NCBI GenBank assembly: GCA_946534895.1 | Contig: CAMNDE010000006.1 | Span: forward strand, 13,504 to 77,503 | Reading direction: 5' to 3' | Length of the DNA: 64,000 bases | DNA from: an uncultured Clostridia bacterium | GTDB taxonomy: Bacteria; Bacillota; Clostridia; Christensenellales; Aristaeellaceae | Part shown: positions 56,333 to 64,000 of the stretch, one piece after another | Layout: each line of letters starts with the position of its first letter | Numbering within the stretch: the stretch's first letter is position 1 | Translations under genes and position numbers: made by a program | The notes under the pieces: generated by a model | What the model saw: the letters and a program-made list of their open reading frames with translations, nothing else | Told to the model about the DNA's origin: nothing | Database searches by the model: none

Positions 56333-57004
56333 TCACCACACATGCGGAATGACCTTATACCTGACCCGTTTCTTATACTCCCGGTATCCCGGAAGGCCTT
56401 CCTCCAGCACCTGCTCCTCGTTGCGGATGCGCCTGGCGATAATCGGAATATAGGCCAGTATGATGATGAAGGAGAGCGGCGAGCCCAGCACCAGCGGCAT
56501 GGAGAGGAACAGGAGCAGGGTGGCCATATACATGGGGTGCCGGACGACGCCGTACAGCCCGGTGTCGATGACCTTCTGGTTTTCCTGCACCTCCACCGTC
56601 CGTGAAAGCCAGACGTTTTCCCGCAGCACCTCGGCATACAGCGCATAAGCCAGCAGGAACAGAACCGCCGCGGCCCAGGACACCCAGGCCGGCAGTACCA
56701 GCCAGCCAAAACGGATATTCAGCCCCGCCACGATAAATGCCGCCAGGAACATCAGTCCGCTGAGGGCAATGACGGTTTTCTGCTCGGACTGTTTTTCCCT
56801 GACATCGAGACGCTTCCGCAGCAGTTCAGGAGACTTCTTCATCATGATCAGCCCGGCGATGAACATAGGGATAAAGAGAATGCCCAGCAGAAGCCATCCC
56901 TGCCAGTATGCAAATGTCCCCGCAGGCAGGAACAGCAGCAGACCGACCATCAGCAGGCCGGCCAGGAATTTTGCGATTGCCTGTTTGAAGAGCTTTGCGT
57001 CCAT
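56333..57004 (-). CDS. isoprenylcysteine carboxyl methyltransferase (ICMT/PEMT)-family membrane methyltransferase
   Basis: 223 aa, multi-TM. C-terminal GLYGVVRHPMYMATLLLF...RRIRNEE motif. Confidence 0.8.
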   Translation of the reverse strand: MDAKLFKQAIAKFLAGLLMVGLLLFLPAGTFAYWQGWLLLGILFIPMFIAGLIMMKKSPELLRKRLDVREKQSEQKTVIALSGLMFLAAFIVAGLNIRFGWLVLPAWVSWAAAVLFLLAYALYAEVLRENVWLSRTVEVQENQKVIDTGLYGVVRHPMYMATLLLFLSMPLVLGSPLSFIIILAYIPIIARRIRNEEQVLEEGLPGYREYKKRVRYKVIPHVW

Positions 57005-57005
57005 G

Positions 57006-57833
57006 CTATGCCTCCCAGTTGTTCCGCAGCCATTGAAGGGACTGTTTCAATGCTTTGATCGTTTTGGTTTCCAGCACGCACCGGGCGTTCCGCGCTTCCG
57101 CCATCATCAGGCGTTCACGCAGGTCAATCTCCCCGTCGCCCAGGGCCAGGTGATTCCTCGGCGGTGTTTCTGTTCCGTCGTGGATATGGAAATGGATCAG
57201 CTTGTCCCGATGCTCCATCAGAAACGGTACATCCACTTCACGGGTGGCCCAGGAGTGCCCGATATCCCAGGTCAGCCCGAATTTCGGGCTTTCCAGAAGA
57301 TACGAGACGGCCTCTTTCTCATACGCCCGGAAGCCGTCCGTGTTTTCAACGGCGATCATAATGCTGCTGTCACCGATCCAGGTTTCGCACAGAGCGCGGA
57401 AAGCGGCATAGGACTGCATATAGCGCTCAAAATCCCGCTCATACATCTGCACCTTCCGATCGGGCAGCGTGATGTAGATGCCGTGGTGCATGTGCATGTT
57501 CAGCGTCAGCGGCTGACGGGAATCACCGAAGCGATCCCGCAGGGGCAGCAATGCCTTCGCCGCGAGAATGGTCCGCCGGACCGTTTCCAGATAAGCCTGC
57601 GACACCAGCGGGTTGAAATCCGCGATGTTCAGGTTTTCATCCAGATGAATGGTATAGTACAGCCCGTGCATTTTCGCGGTCCGGGTCAGTTCGTCTGTCC
57701 GCTCCAGCCTGTCCACCTGATATTCCGGGAAATTCATATTCAGCTCAATGAAGCTCAGCCCCAGTTCTTCGCACAGGGCGGCGTTCTCCCCAAGAGTACG
57801 ATTCTCGATCAGTGTCGGCATGCCAAGCTGCAT
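57006..57833 (-). CDS. sugar phosphate isomerase/epimerase (xylose-isomerase-like TIM barrel)
   Basis: 275 aa. FIELNMNFPE, AVENTDG and IHFHIHDG blocks. Confidence 0.8.
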   Translation of the reverse strand: MQLGMPTLIENRTLGENAALCEELGLSFIELNMNFPEYQVDRLERTDELTRTAKMHGLYYTIHLDENLNIADFNPLVSQAYLETVRRTILAAKALLPLRDRFGDSRQPLTLNMHMHHGIYITLPDRKVQMYERDFERYMQSYAAFRALCETWIGDSSIMIAVENTDGFRAYEKEAVSYLLESPKFGLTWDIGHSWATREVDVPFLMEHRDKLIHFHIHDGTETPPRNHLALGDGEIDLRERLMMAEARNARCVLETKTIKALKQSLQWLRNNWEA

Positions 57834-57888
57834 CGTTTCCCGCCTCCCTTTTCATGGCTGATCACATGGACTGCCCAGGCAAACGTCT

Positions 57889-58323
57889 TTATTCCTGATC
57901 CCGGATGTTTTCCAGCGCCTGATTGATCTGCTTCTCATCCTGCTTGTCCAGCCAGTGGCTGGAAAGCCATACAAAGGCATACACCAGAAAGAAGACCACG
58001 CTCACACCGAGACAGCCCGCTGCGTCCGTGTACCACTGGAACAGCCAGCCCATGCCGAGGATGACGGCATAGAGCGCCAGCGCATGCAGGGCGACCCTGA
58101 ACAGGAAGGTTTTCGGGTCCCACTGATCCCTGTTCTTAAGCAGCAGAGTCGGCAGTGCGCAGAGGACTCCGGTCAGGATGATGGTGATGGGATGATACCA
58201 CAGGAGTACGATGTCCTTTCCGTCACCGGAGAAATGCTGGAATACCGCCAGAATGCCGTTCAGGAACAGGATGCCGGTGGAAATCATCATGCTCTGGACA
58301 AAGATCTTTTTTGCTCCGTTCAC
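57889..58323 (-). CDS. DUF3021-like small membrane protein
   Basis: 144 aa, 4 TM segments. ATGA overlap with the upstream LytTR gene, a common LytTR-DUF3021 pairing. Confidence 0.7.
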   Translation of the reverse strand: MNGAKKIFVQSMMISTGILFLNGILAVFQHFSGDGKDIVLLWYHPITIILTGVLCALPTLLLKNRDQWDPKTFLFRVALHALALYAVILGMGWLFQWYTDAAGCLGVSVVFFLVYAFVWLSSHWLDKQDEKQINQALENIRDQE

Positions 58324-58757
58324 AGGATTCCAAGCCTCCTTTTGATATCACGGACATAGCTTCTGGAAATGACCACCTGTTCATCGTTCAGGAGAACCGC
58401 GACCATCCTGCCTCCCGGCTCCGCCCGGACATTCCGGATCTTGCGCAGGTTCACGATCATGGATTTGGAGATGCGCACATGGTACATCCCCAGTTTTGCT
58501 TCCAGCTCATACAGACGGTCCCGGGACTCAAAGCAGTCGTCCCTGGTGTAGACAAAGGTGCGCTTGTCCACGGACTCGATGTAATAGATCTGCGTCAGCC
58601 TGCAGAACCAGGTGCTCCGGTCCTTGGTCACCGTAATGCCGCCGGCCCCGTTTTCCAGCAGATCCATGGCGCTCAGGATGTCCGGGGTTTTCTCCACAGC
58701 CCGGATCACTGCCAGCTCCTTCTCCTTGGCGTCCACCTGTTCATATCGGACCCGCAT
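58320..58757 (-). CDS. LytTR-family DNA-binding protein (no receiver domain)
   Basis: 145 aa. IYYIESVDKRTFVYT...MYHVRISKSMIVNLRKI is typical of LytTR. RBS AAGGAG. Confidence 0.85.
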   Translation of the reverse strand: MRVRYEQVDAKEKELAVIRAVEKTPDILSAMDLLENGAGGITVTKDRSTWFCRLTQIYYIESVDKRTFVYTRDDCFESRDRLYELEAKLGMYHVRISKSMIVNLRKIRNVRAEPGGRMVAVLLNDEQVVISRSYVRDIKRRLGIL

Positions 58758-58778
58758 GACCTTTTCTCCTTACGTGTG

Positions 58779-59548
58779 TTATGGCTCTCCTGCGGCAGCT
58801 GGACTGCCGGATTCCTTCGGCTTCGGCCGGGAGAGCCAGCCCCGGAACATGCCGCCCTGCAGTACGGACAGGATCGTAAAGAAGATATCCGCAAACAGGA
58901 TGAAGAGGAAAGAGGGCACCATGATGCGCGTATAGCGCTTGCCGGCGTCCGTGCCCCGGTTCACGTGCAGCGCCAGGCGAAGCATCAAAACAATGATCCC
59001 GCAGGCCAGCAGGAGCAGCTCACCGGCGCTGATGGCGAAGGACTTGACCGGTTCCCAGGGGTTTTCGCCCTGTATCATGCCCAGAATGACGTTCAGCAGC
59101 GTCAGGCCCAGCAGCACTGTGAGCATGATGCGTTCCACGTTCAGCATTACGCCGCCGCCGATGCCGATGCCGCCGCACCATGTAAGACCGCTGCGCGCGC
59201 AGAAGTTCTCCAGTACCTGCATCAGGGGTTCATTCTGCCGGCCTTCGATGAAGCCGTTGTTGGCAATGGCGTAGATCTTGAGCCGGAGCCGGTTTTCCCG
59301 GCAGAATACTTCCATCTTTTGCAGGAAGGGCAGCACATGGGAGGGGAGGCTGTCCACATACAGCGGGGTCACAAAGATCACTTTATCAGCGGTCCGGAGC
59401 GCATCCAGGATCGCGGGATAATCCGCAGGCGTTCGCAGCTGAAAGACCTTTTTCTCACCTCGGATCATCCATCCGGCACAGTGCGCGAGAAAGCCGGAAG
59501 CGCTCATCCGGCGTTTGGGGCTGCAGTTGATCAGAATAGTGCTGTTCA
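58779..59548 (-). CDS. flavodoxin-like fold protein fused to a C-terminal membrane domain
   Basis: Start MNSTILINCSPKR at 59548 (track ORF trimmed). ADKVIFVTPLYVDSLP flavodoxin_2-like N-half, then about 4 hydrophobic helices. Confidence 0.65.
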
Positions 59549-60037
59549 TTACGCCTGCCCTCCCGCCTCGTTTGCATCCGCGCAGAAGATGACACTGTGC
59601 TCCCGGAAGCCCAGATTGACCGCGTTGCGCTCTGTCATCAGCCGCAGCGTCTGCTTTTCCGCTTCGGTGCAGGTCCCATAGGCGATGACACGGAAGCAGC
59701 CCTTCCTGCCGTACCGCAGCGTATGGTGCATCTGCCCGCCGCGATAGGTGCTGAGGGGCGTCGACAGACCGATGCTCCTGTCCAGCAGGTTTTTCACCGC
59801 CGGACTGTACCCGCCGTACAGATTTCCGGTGATAACGGTCAGGTCTTCGCTCATGCCGAGCACCCTGCAGGATTCCTGCAGCGTATCCTTCATGGCACAG
59901 GCGGCGGGGTGCTTTGTCCAGCACCGGAAGCAGCCCTGGCAGGGTGCGTACCGCCCGTCCGCACAGATCACCTGATCTGCGGCGGCAAGCAGCCTGGCGT
60001 TCTGTTCCTTTCCCAGATCGTGAATGATGGTTTTCAT
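59549..60037 (-). CDS. flavodoxin-family / NAD(P)H-dependent oxidoreductase-like protein
   Basis: Start MKTIIHDLG at 60037. CQGCFRCW motif and ITGNLYGGYSPAVKNLLDR. Its stop abuts the next start. Confidence 0.7.
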   Translation of the reverse strand: MKTIIHDLGKEQNARLLAAADQVICADGRYAPCQGCFRCWTKHPAACAMKDTLQESCRVLGMSEDLTVITGNLYGGYSPAVKNLLDRSIGLSTPLSTYRGGQMHHTLRYGRKGCFRVIAYGTCTEAEKQTLRLMTERNAVNLGFREHSVIFCADANEAGGQA

Positions 60038-60039
60038 GC

Positions 60040-60366
60040 TCGCATCTTCCCTTCGCTTGGGTATCATCGGCCTGTCCGGCCGCATGACCCATCCTACAGG
60101 AAATCAGGGAAAGCACAAGCGATTCTCTGCCAAGGTGCACGTATGCACTACCAAGATGCATTCGTACATCAATCCCGTGTTCTTGATTCAGTACATTCTG
60201 TCATCATATCGCAGGGTGATAAAAACGGCTGATCTGCGTCATCCCGGCAGATGGCTGCAAACATCTTCCCAGCGGTGTGACAGCGAACCCGGTTCCACTC
60301 CGGCTGGAAGTCCCTGGGGACGCCCCGCTGGAACAGGAGATATTCGTTAGTCCATGGGAATTTCAT
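60040..60366 (-). pseudogene. possible degraded MmcQ/YjbR-family gene
   Basis: The 65-aa ORF (60169-60366) has ...AGKMFAAICRDDADQPFLS..., like the N-half of YjbR-family proteins, then stops. Weak continuation in other frames. Low certainty. Confidence 0.3.
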
Positions 60367-60374
60367 GTTTCCGG

Positions 60375-61094
60375 TCAGGCATATGGGAGCAGCTTTCGCC
60401 GGATCAGCGCAAGATCGGCAGGGGAGAGACCGCTCTGCTCAAAGTAACGATTGATTCCGCCAAAGTGTGAGGCGGCCAGAGCCAGAAAGCGATCCATGCT
60501 GGTTTCATTCGCCAGGACAATGCGCCGGTCTGTCTCAGGGTGTTCCGCCAGGTAGCGTTCCAGGCGGTCCTGATTGTAATACCGACTGACTGCGTAGTCT
60601 TCAATAATGAGCTGCCGGTCCACGCCGCAGGCTGACAGCAGCAGCGCAGCAATGACGCCGGTTCTGTCCTTACCGGCCGTACAGCAGAACAGGACGCCGG
60701 TGTCAGATGAAGCGACAGCATGGATTGCCTCTGCGGCTTCGTGCTGCTGAGCAATCTGCAGGTAGGTGAACGGTACTTCTTCCAGTGTATCAGGTGGCAC
60801 ACTGCCGGCTGTGATGGGGAAATGTTGATAGGTAAAGCCCGGCCGTCCGGCATAAGCGCAGGGCCTGCGTTCTGTCTCTGAATCGGTTCGCAGGTCAATG
60901 ATGGTGGTGATGTTCAGGTTCTTCAGCCGCTGTTCATCCGTTTCACAGAACACAACGGGCGCGTCGCTGCGCCAGATTCTGTTCCGCTGCGTCCATCTTC
61001 CTGCTGAGATTGGAAAGCCGCCCAAATCCCGGGTGTTGGTTGTCGAGGACAGCAGGCTTTGATATCTGCGCCTGCCTGAAGTGTTGTCACACAT
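60375..61094 (-). CDS. protein-tyrosine phosphatase-like (CX5R) protein
   Basis: Active-site CTAGKDRTG. The ATG at 61094 follows AGGAAGGAG; the track start at 61142 was trimmed. Confidence 0.8.
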   Translation of the reverse strand: MCDNTSGRRRYQSLLSSTTNTRDLGGFPISAGRWTQRNRIWRSDAPVVFCETDEQRLKNLNITTIIDLRTDSETERRPCAYAGRPGFTYQHFPITAGSVPPDTLEEVPFTYLQIAQQHEAAEAIHAVASSDTGVLFCCTAGKDRTGVIAALLLSACGVDRQLIIEDYAVSRYYNQDRLERYLAEHPETDRRIVLANETSMDRFLALAASHFGGINRYFEQSGLSPADLALIRRKLLPYA

Positions 61095-61146
61095 GGTTCC
61101 GTTCTCCTTCCTGATCCGGATTCGGGCAGATACAGGCAGCATATCT

Positions 61147-61245
61147 CAGACCAAGCGCTCTCTCCGCCAGCGTCAGCGTTTCCTTCACACTACGGCGTTC
61201 ATCCCGGCGGATCACCGGGAAGCCGGAATGCGGGAAGCGCTTATA
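61147..61245 (-). pseudogene. 3-prime remnant of a paralog of the P-loop gene at 55664-56296
   Basis: Translates to YKRFPHSGFPVIRRDERRSVKETLTLAERALGL, versus YERFLHSGFPVILRDESRNVTETLTLAERIFGL at the C-terminus of 55664..56296. DNA is also similar by eye. No upstream body is present. Confidence 0.6.
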
Positions 61246-61648
61246 GTGCTTTGCGGATCCCTGTACGAATGAAACGGATCAGCTCTTCCAGATCGTCGAA
61301 TTCATCGTAATCCCCCATGATGCCTTCGCGATGATAGACGATGCCTGCCTGTTCATTGCGTTCCAGACAATCCAGCAGCTCCTCCACACCGTACCGGCGG
61401 GCGAATTCCGCGAAAGCCCGGGGTTTGATCTTGTCCGCATACAGCCCTTTGCGGCAGGCGGCGGGCTCACATTCATAGCACCCGGCGATCCCTTTGTCGA
61501 TGCCGCAGCGGCGCACCTCGCACCATTCCGCATCCCTGCACCAGGAAAGCTCCAGAAAGCCGTCGCGCCGGCAGCCCTTGCAGAGCGCGTTCTCCGAGCA
61601 CAGACAGCAGGCCAGCCCGCAGCGGGCGATACCCAGCTCACGTTTCAT
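61241..61648 (-). CDS. DUF3795-like Cys-rich protein
   Basis: Start MKRELGIARCGLACCLCSE at 61648 (ATGA overlap with the upstream gene). Multiple CxxC motifs. Confidence 0.75.
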   Translation of the reverse strand: MKRELGIARCGLACCLCSENALCKGCRRDGFLELSWCRDAEWCEVRRCGIDKGIAGCYECEPAACRKGLYADKIKPRAFAEFARRYGVEELLDCLERNEQAGIVYHREGIMGDYDEFDDLEELIRFIRTGIRKAL

Positions 61649-62205
61649 GTGTTTTCTGTCCCCTCCGTTATCGTCCTGCAGAAAGCTTCGATCTCCTCCC
61701 GCCGCGGCTCCACAGCCTCCCTGTATTCCACGCCGGTGAGGCCCAGACGGCCGCAGCATTGAATCTCCAGGTGGCCGTAAAAATGCTCGATGGTAGAGAT
61801 AATACGCTCGCATTCCTTCATGCCCGGGCCGGTGCGCAGGGCAACAACGTAGCCCTTCTTACCGGGTGTGAGCGACGCGCAGGGTTCATGGGTGTTGCAC
61901 CAGGGCGTGCAGCGGTCGATGAAGGCCTTGAACTGCCCGGGAACATCCGCCCAGTAAGAGGGTGAAACGCAGATGACGGTATCTGCCCGTTCGAATTCCT
62001 GCATCAGCTGTTCCACATCGTCGTGCATGACGCACTGCGCTGTTTGATGGCAGGTCCGGCAGCCCCTGCAGAAGGCAATGTCATAGTCGTCAATGCACAC
62101 GCTCCGGACGGAAAAACGCTCAGTGAGCTGCCGGGCAATGATCCCGGCAATCGCCGCGGTTGCACCGTCCCGGACGGGACTGCAGTTGATGATCAGTGCG
62201 TTCAT
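61645..62205 (-). CDS. flavodoxin-family iron-sulfur flavoprotein-like oxidoreductase
   Basis: Start MNALIINCSPVRDG at 62205 follows AAAGGAAGGAA. CRGCRTCHQTAQC and VICVSPSYWADVPGQFKAFIDR. Confidence 0.8.
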   Translation of the reverse strand: MNALIINCSPVRDGATAAIAGIIARQLTERFSVRSVCIDDYDIAFCRGCRTCHQTAQCVMHDDVEQLMQEFERADTVICVSPSYWADVPGQFKAFIDRCTPWCNTHEPCASLTPGKKGYVVALRTGPGMKECERIISTIEHFYGHLEIQCCGRLGLTGVEYREAVEPRREEIEAFCRTITEGTENT

Positions 62206-62231
62206 GCGGTTCCTTCCTTTCCCGGTTTTTC

Positions 62232-62786
62232 TCATTCTTCCCGCAGCGTGTCGTAGAAACCATAATCCACCTGTCCGTGCATCCCTTCCAGCGCTCCGGG
62301 CACCAGTTCCTTCACCATCAGGCAGCTGACATGGGGCAGATGAATGTTCGGCCCGGCTACGATGCCGTGGTCGGCGCTGGTGACGAAGCCTCTGGGATTG
62401 TAGTTCTTTGGATTGCCCTCCACCAGCACCGCACGGAAGCCCATGGCCTGAGCCCGCCGGAACCCCTCCTCGATCAGCGCCCTGGAGATGCCCTGTCGCT
62501 GGACATCTGTCCGCACGGCCACCGGTGAGAGGAGCAGCAGCTCGCTTTCATATCGTCCTTCGATGTGAAAGCGGGAGAACATCGCATAGCCGAGAATCTC
62601 ATCCGCTTCATTGAGCATCAGCAGCTCCAGTTCGGGCAGGTAATACTTCTTTGCCCGGATCTCTTCCGCCAGGCGGCGGACGGTGCGGCCCTCCTCCGGG
62701 CTGTCCCAGTCGGCAAACACCCGCTCCACCATGTCCAGGGCGGGGGAGAGATACCGGGGTTCCATGGGCCTGATGATTCGATCCAT
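62232..62786 (-). CDS. GNAT-family N-acetyltransferase
   Basis: 184 aa. LLLLSPVAVRTDVQRQGISRALIEEG (acetyl-CoA-binding Q/RxxGxG/A). RBS GGAGGA. Confidence 0.85.
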   Translation of the reverse strand: MDRIIRPMEPRYLSPALDMVERVFADWDSPEEGRTVRRLAEEIRAKKYYLPELELLMLNEADEILGYAMFSRFHIEGRYESELLLLSPVAVRTDVQRQGISRALIEEGFRRAQAMGFRAVLVEGNPKNYNPRGFVTSADHGIVAGPNIHLPHVSCLMVKELVPGALEGMHGQVDYGFYDTLREE

Positions 62787-62916
62787 GATATAAATCCTCC
62801 GAATCTGGTCTCAGCGTTGTTCTGTCAGGAAAAGTATAGCATCCGGAGAATTGGCACGCCAGATGGCTTTTCCGGGGACTCGCAGACGGTACTTGCCGCA
62901 ATGGTGCTGCAGACGC

Positions 62917-63279
62917 TCACGTCTGATCGGGATAATCCCAGAAATGCCCCTTGTGGAAATTCTCGTTGCCCAGCGGTTTGGCTGTCAGCCGGAAGATGAC
63001 GCAGCCGTCCGGGCATACGACGGTCTTGGAATACTTCCCGTCGCCGCCGACGTTTTCCAGATCGCCGCCGCTGCGGACGGCCTCCATCAGCGGATACAGC
63101 ATCATCATGGTCTTGGAGCAGATGCCGTAGCCCTGCTGATTGACCGGACAGCCGTAGGTACAGGTATATTGGTCGCCAATCTCCTCACCGTTGCGGCAAT
63201 ACCGCTCCGTGTGATCCCCGTGTAAATAGCCGGTTACCTCGACCGTGAACTCATATTCCTCATCGTACCACTTCTTCAT
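62917..63279 (-). CDS. TIGR04076-like Cys-rich protein
   Basis: YEFTVEVTG...CTYGCPVN...GICSKTMMMLYPLMEAVRSGGD...VVCPDGCVIFRL. The ATG at 63279 lies 9 nt after AGGAG; a start at 63288 is also possible. Confidence 0.7.
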   Translation of the reverse strand: MKKWYDEEYEFTVEVTGYLHGDHTERYCRNGEEIGDQYTCTYGCPVNQQGYGICSKTMMMLYPLMEAVRSGGDLENVGGDGKYSKTVVCPDGCVIFRLTAKPLGNENFHKGHFWDYPDQT

Positions 63280-63306
63280 CTTGATCATCTCCTATCGGCA
63301 GATCCA

Positions 63307-63520
63307 TCACATCCGCATGCCGGTACAGGTCGGGGACGGCATTCTGATCTGCCCGCCGCCCCGCTGCCGGCAGCCGAAGCAGCCCCGGCAGGGCGTGATC
63401 TGCTCATCCCGCACATGGATGATGTTCACTGCATGTTCGCTTTTGCGGTTCAGTCCCCGGAGAAAAGCGTCCGTCATGCGGAAGATATCGCGCTTTTCCC
63501 AGGAGTGCCGTTCAGCACAA
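63307..63520 (-). pseudogene. possible fragment of a flavodoxin-family gene
   Basis: MTDAFLRGLNRKSEHAVNIIHVRDEQITPCRGCFGC matches the first ~60 residues of flavodoxin-family proteins such as 61645..62205, then runs into Gly/Arg nonsense and a stop. Confidence 0.3.
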
Positions 63521-63526
63521 GGATTT

Positions 63527-64000
63527 TCATCCAATACTTTTCCTGTCTGTGTTCGTGAAATTCGCTGTTTCCTTCTCCAAAAGGCGGAACACGTTGGCAA
63601 CCAGATACCCGTCGGCGACGGCGTGATTCATCCGGACGCTGAGTGGCATCATCAGCCTGCCGTTTTCCTCGCGGTATTTTCCCCAGTTGATGATAGGGAG
63701 AAAATACAGGTATCCATCGGGCAACTCAATGTTCAGGGCATCATAGGACAGCCAGGAGATATAGGAGGCGTCAAACCAGTTGGGATGGTTCGCAGCATCG
63801 AGACCGTATTCCCGCGTCTGTTTTGCCTTTTCCACATCCTCCAGGGCATGGCGATAGAACCAGTCGTAATCCTCTCTGTACTGCGTATAAACCGGTGTGC
63901 AGGTCTCTGTGTCCTCGTGGAACACATACTGCGTTGGATGGATGACATCATAGCAAATCAGCTCGTCCGTCTGCCACAGATACGCCATCCGATAATCCTC
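63527..64000 (-). CDS. cat: type A chloramphenicol O-acetyltransferase (partial; N-terminus beyond the window)
   Basis: VIHPTQYVFHEDTET..., LPIINWGKY and LMPLSVRMNHAVADGY (catalytic His block). The alignment from memory starts at about CAT residue 75, so the gene continues past 64000. Confidence 0.8.
   Translation of the reverse strand, partial: EDYRMAYLWQTDELICYDVIHPTQYVFHEDTETCTPVYTQYREDYDWFYRHALEDVEKAKQTREYGLDAANHPNWFDASYISWLSYDALNIELPDGYLYFLPIINWGKYREENGRLMMPLSVRMNHAVADGYLVANVFRLLEKETANFTNTDRKSIG

Overview
GC-rich, gene-dense chromosomal segment. About 60 CDS look real; most other ORF-track entries are antisense or out-of-frame artefacts. Gene content resembles a strictly anaerobic, saccharolytic Firmicute of the Clostridia, but that taxon call is inference only. 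I recognised no rRNA, tRNA, CRISPR array, transposase, integrase or phage gene.

Layout from left to right:
- sdaAB/sdaAA L-serine dehydratase (-).
- A promoter-sORF-terminator unit feeding a SAM methyltransferase and a tandem-GNAT gene.
- A GH125 alpha-mannosidase plus a 766-aa uncharacterised GH-like protein (-).
- DegV.
- A frameshifted and truncated MATE pseudogene.
- A GH2 beta-galactosidase.
- Two mini-regulators (an AraC HTH-only protein and a short DtxR-like protein), divergent from an FTR1-P19-DUF2318-FtsX-FtsX(FMN_bind)-ATPase iron-uptake operon, which is followed by a DUF4418-FtsX-ATPase module.
- A hydrolase trio.
- On the minus strand, rex-adhE-kinase-[2Fe-2S]-HydS(PAS)-PP2C-[FeFe] hydrogenase.
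- A LysR regulator.
- An AraC-linked alpha-galactoside locus: a GH-D-like enzyme, an ABC importer, GH27, a Cys-rich mini-protein and GH36.
- NrtR-pncA-pncB.
- A LacI-GH13-ABC maltodextrin locus.
- A minus-strand accessory patch of small redox, flavodoxin and acetyltransferase genes with several gene fragments, ending in a partial chloramphenicol acetyltransferase at the window edge.

The most interesting candidates are the H2-sensing hydrogenase, kinase and phosphatase module chained to rex-adhE, and the flavin-domain-bearing FtsX permease inside the P19/FTR1 iron system. Both have partial precedent in the literature as I recall it, so they are under-characterised rather than wholly new.

All family calls come from motif recognition by eye; no search was run.
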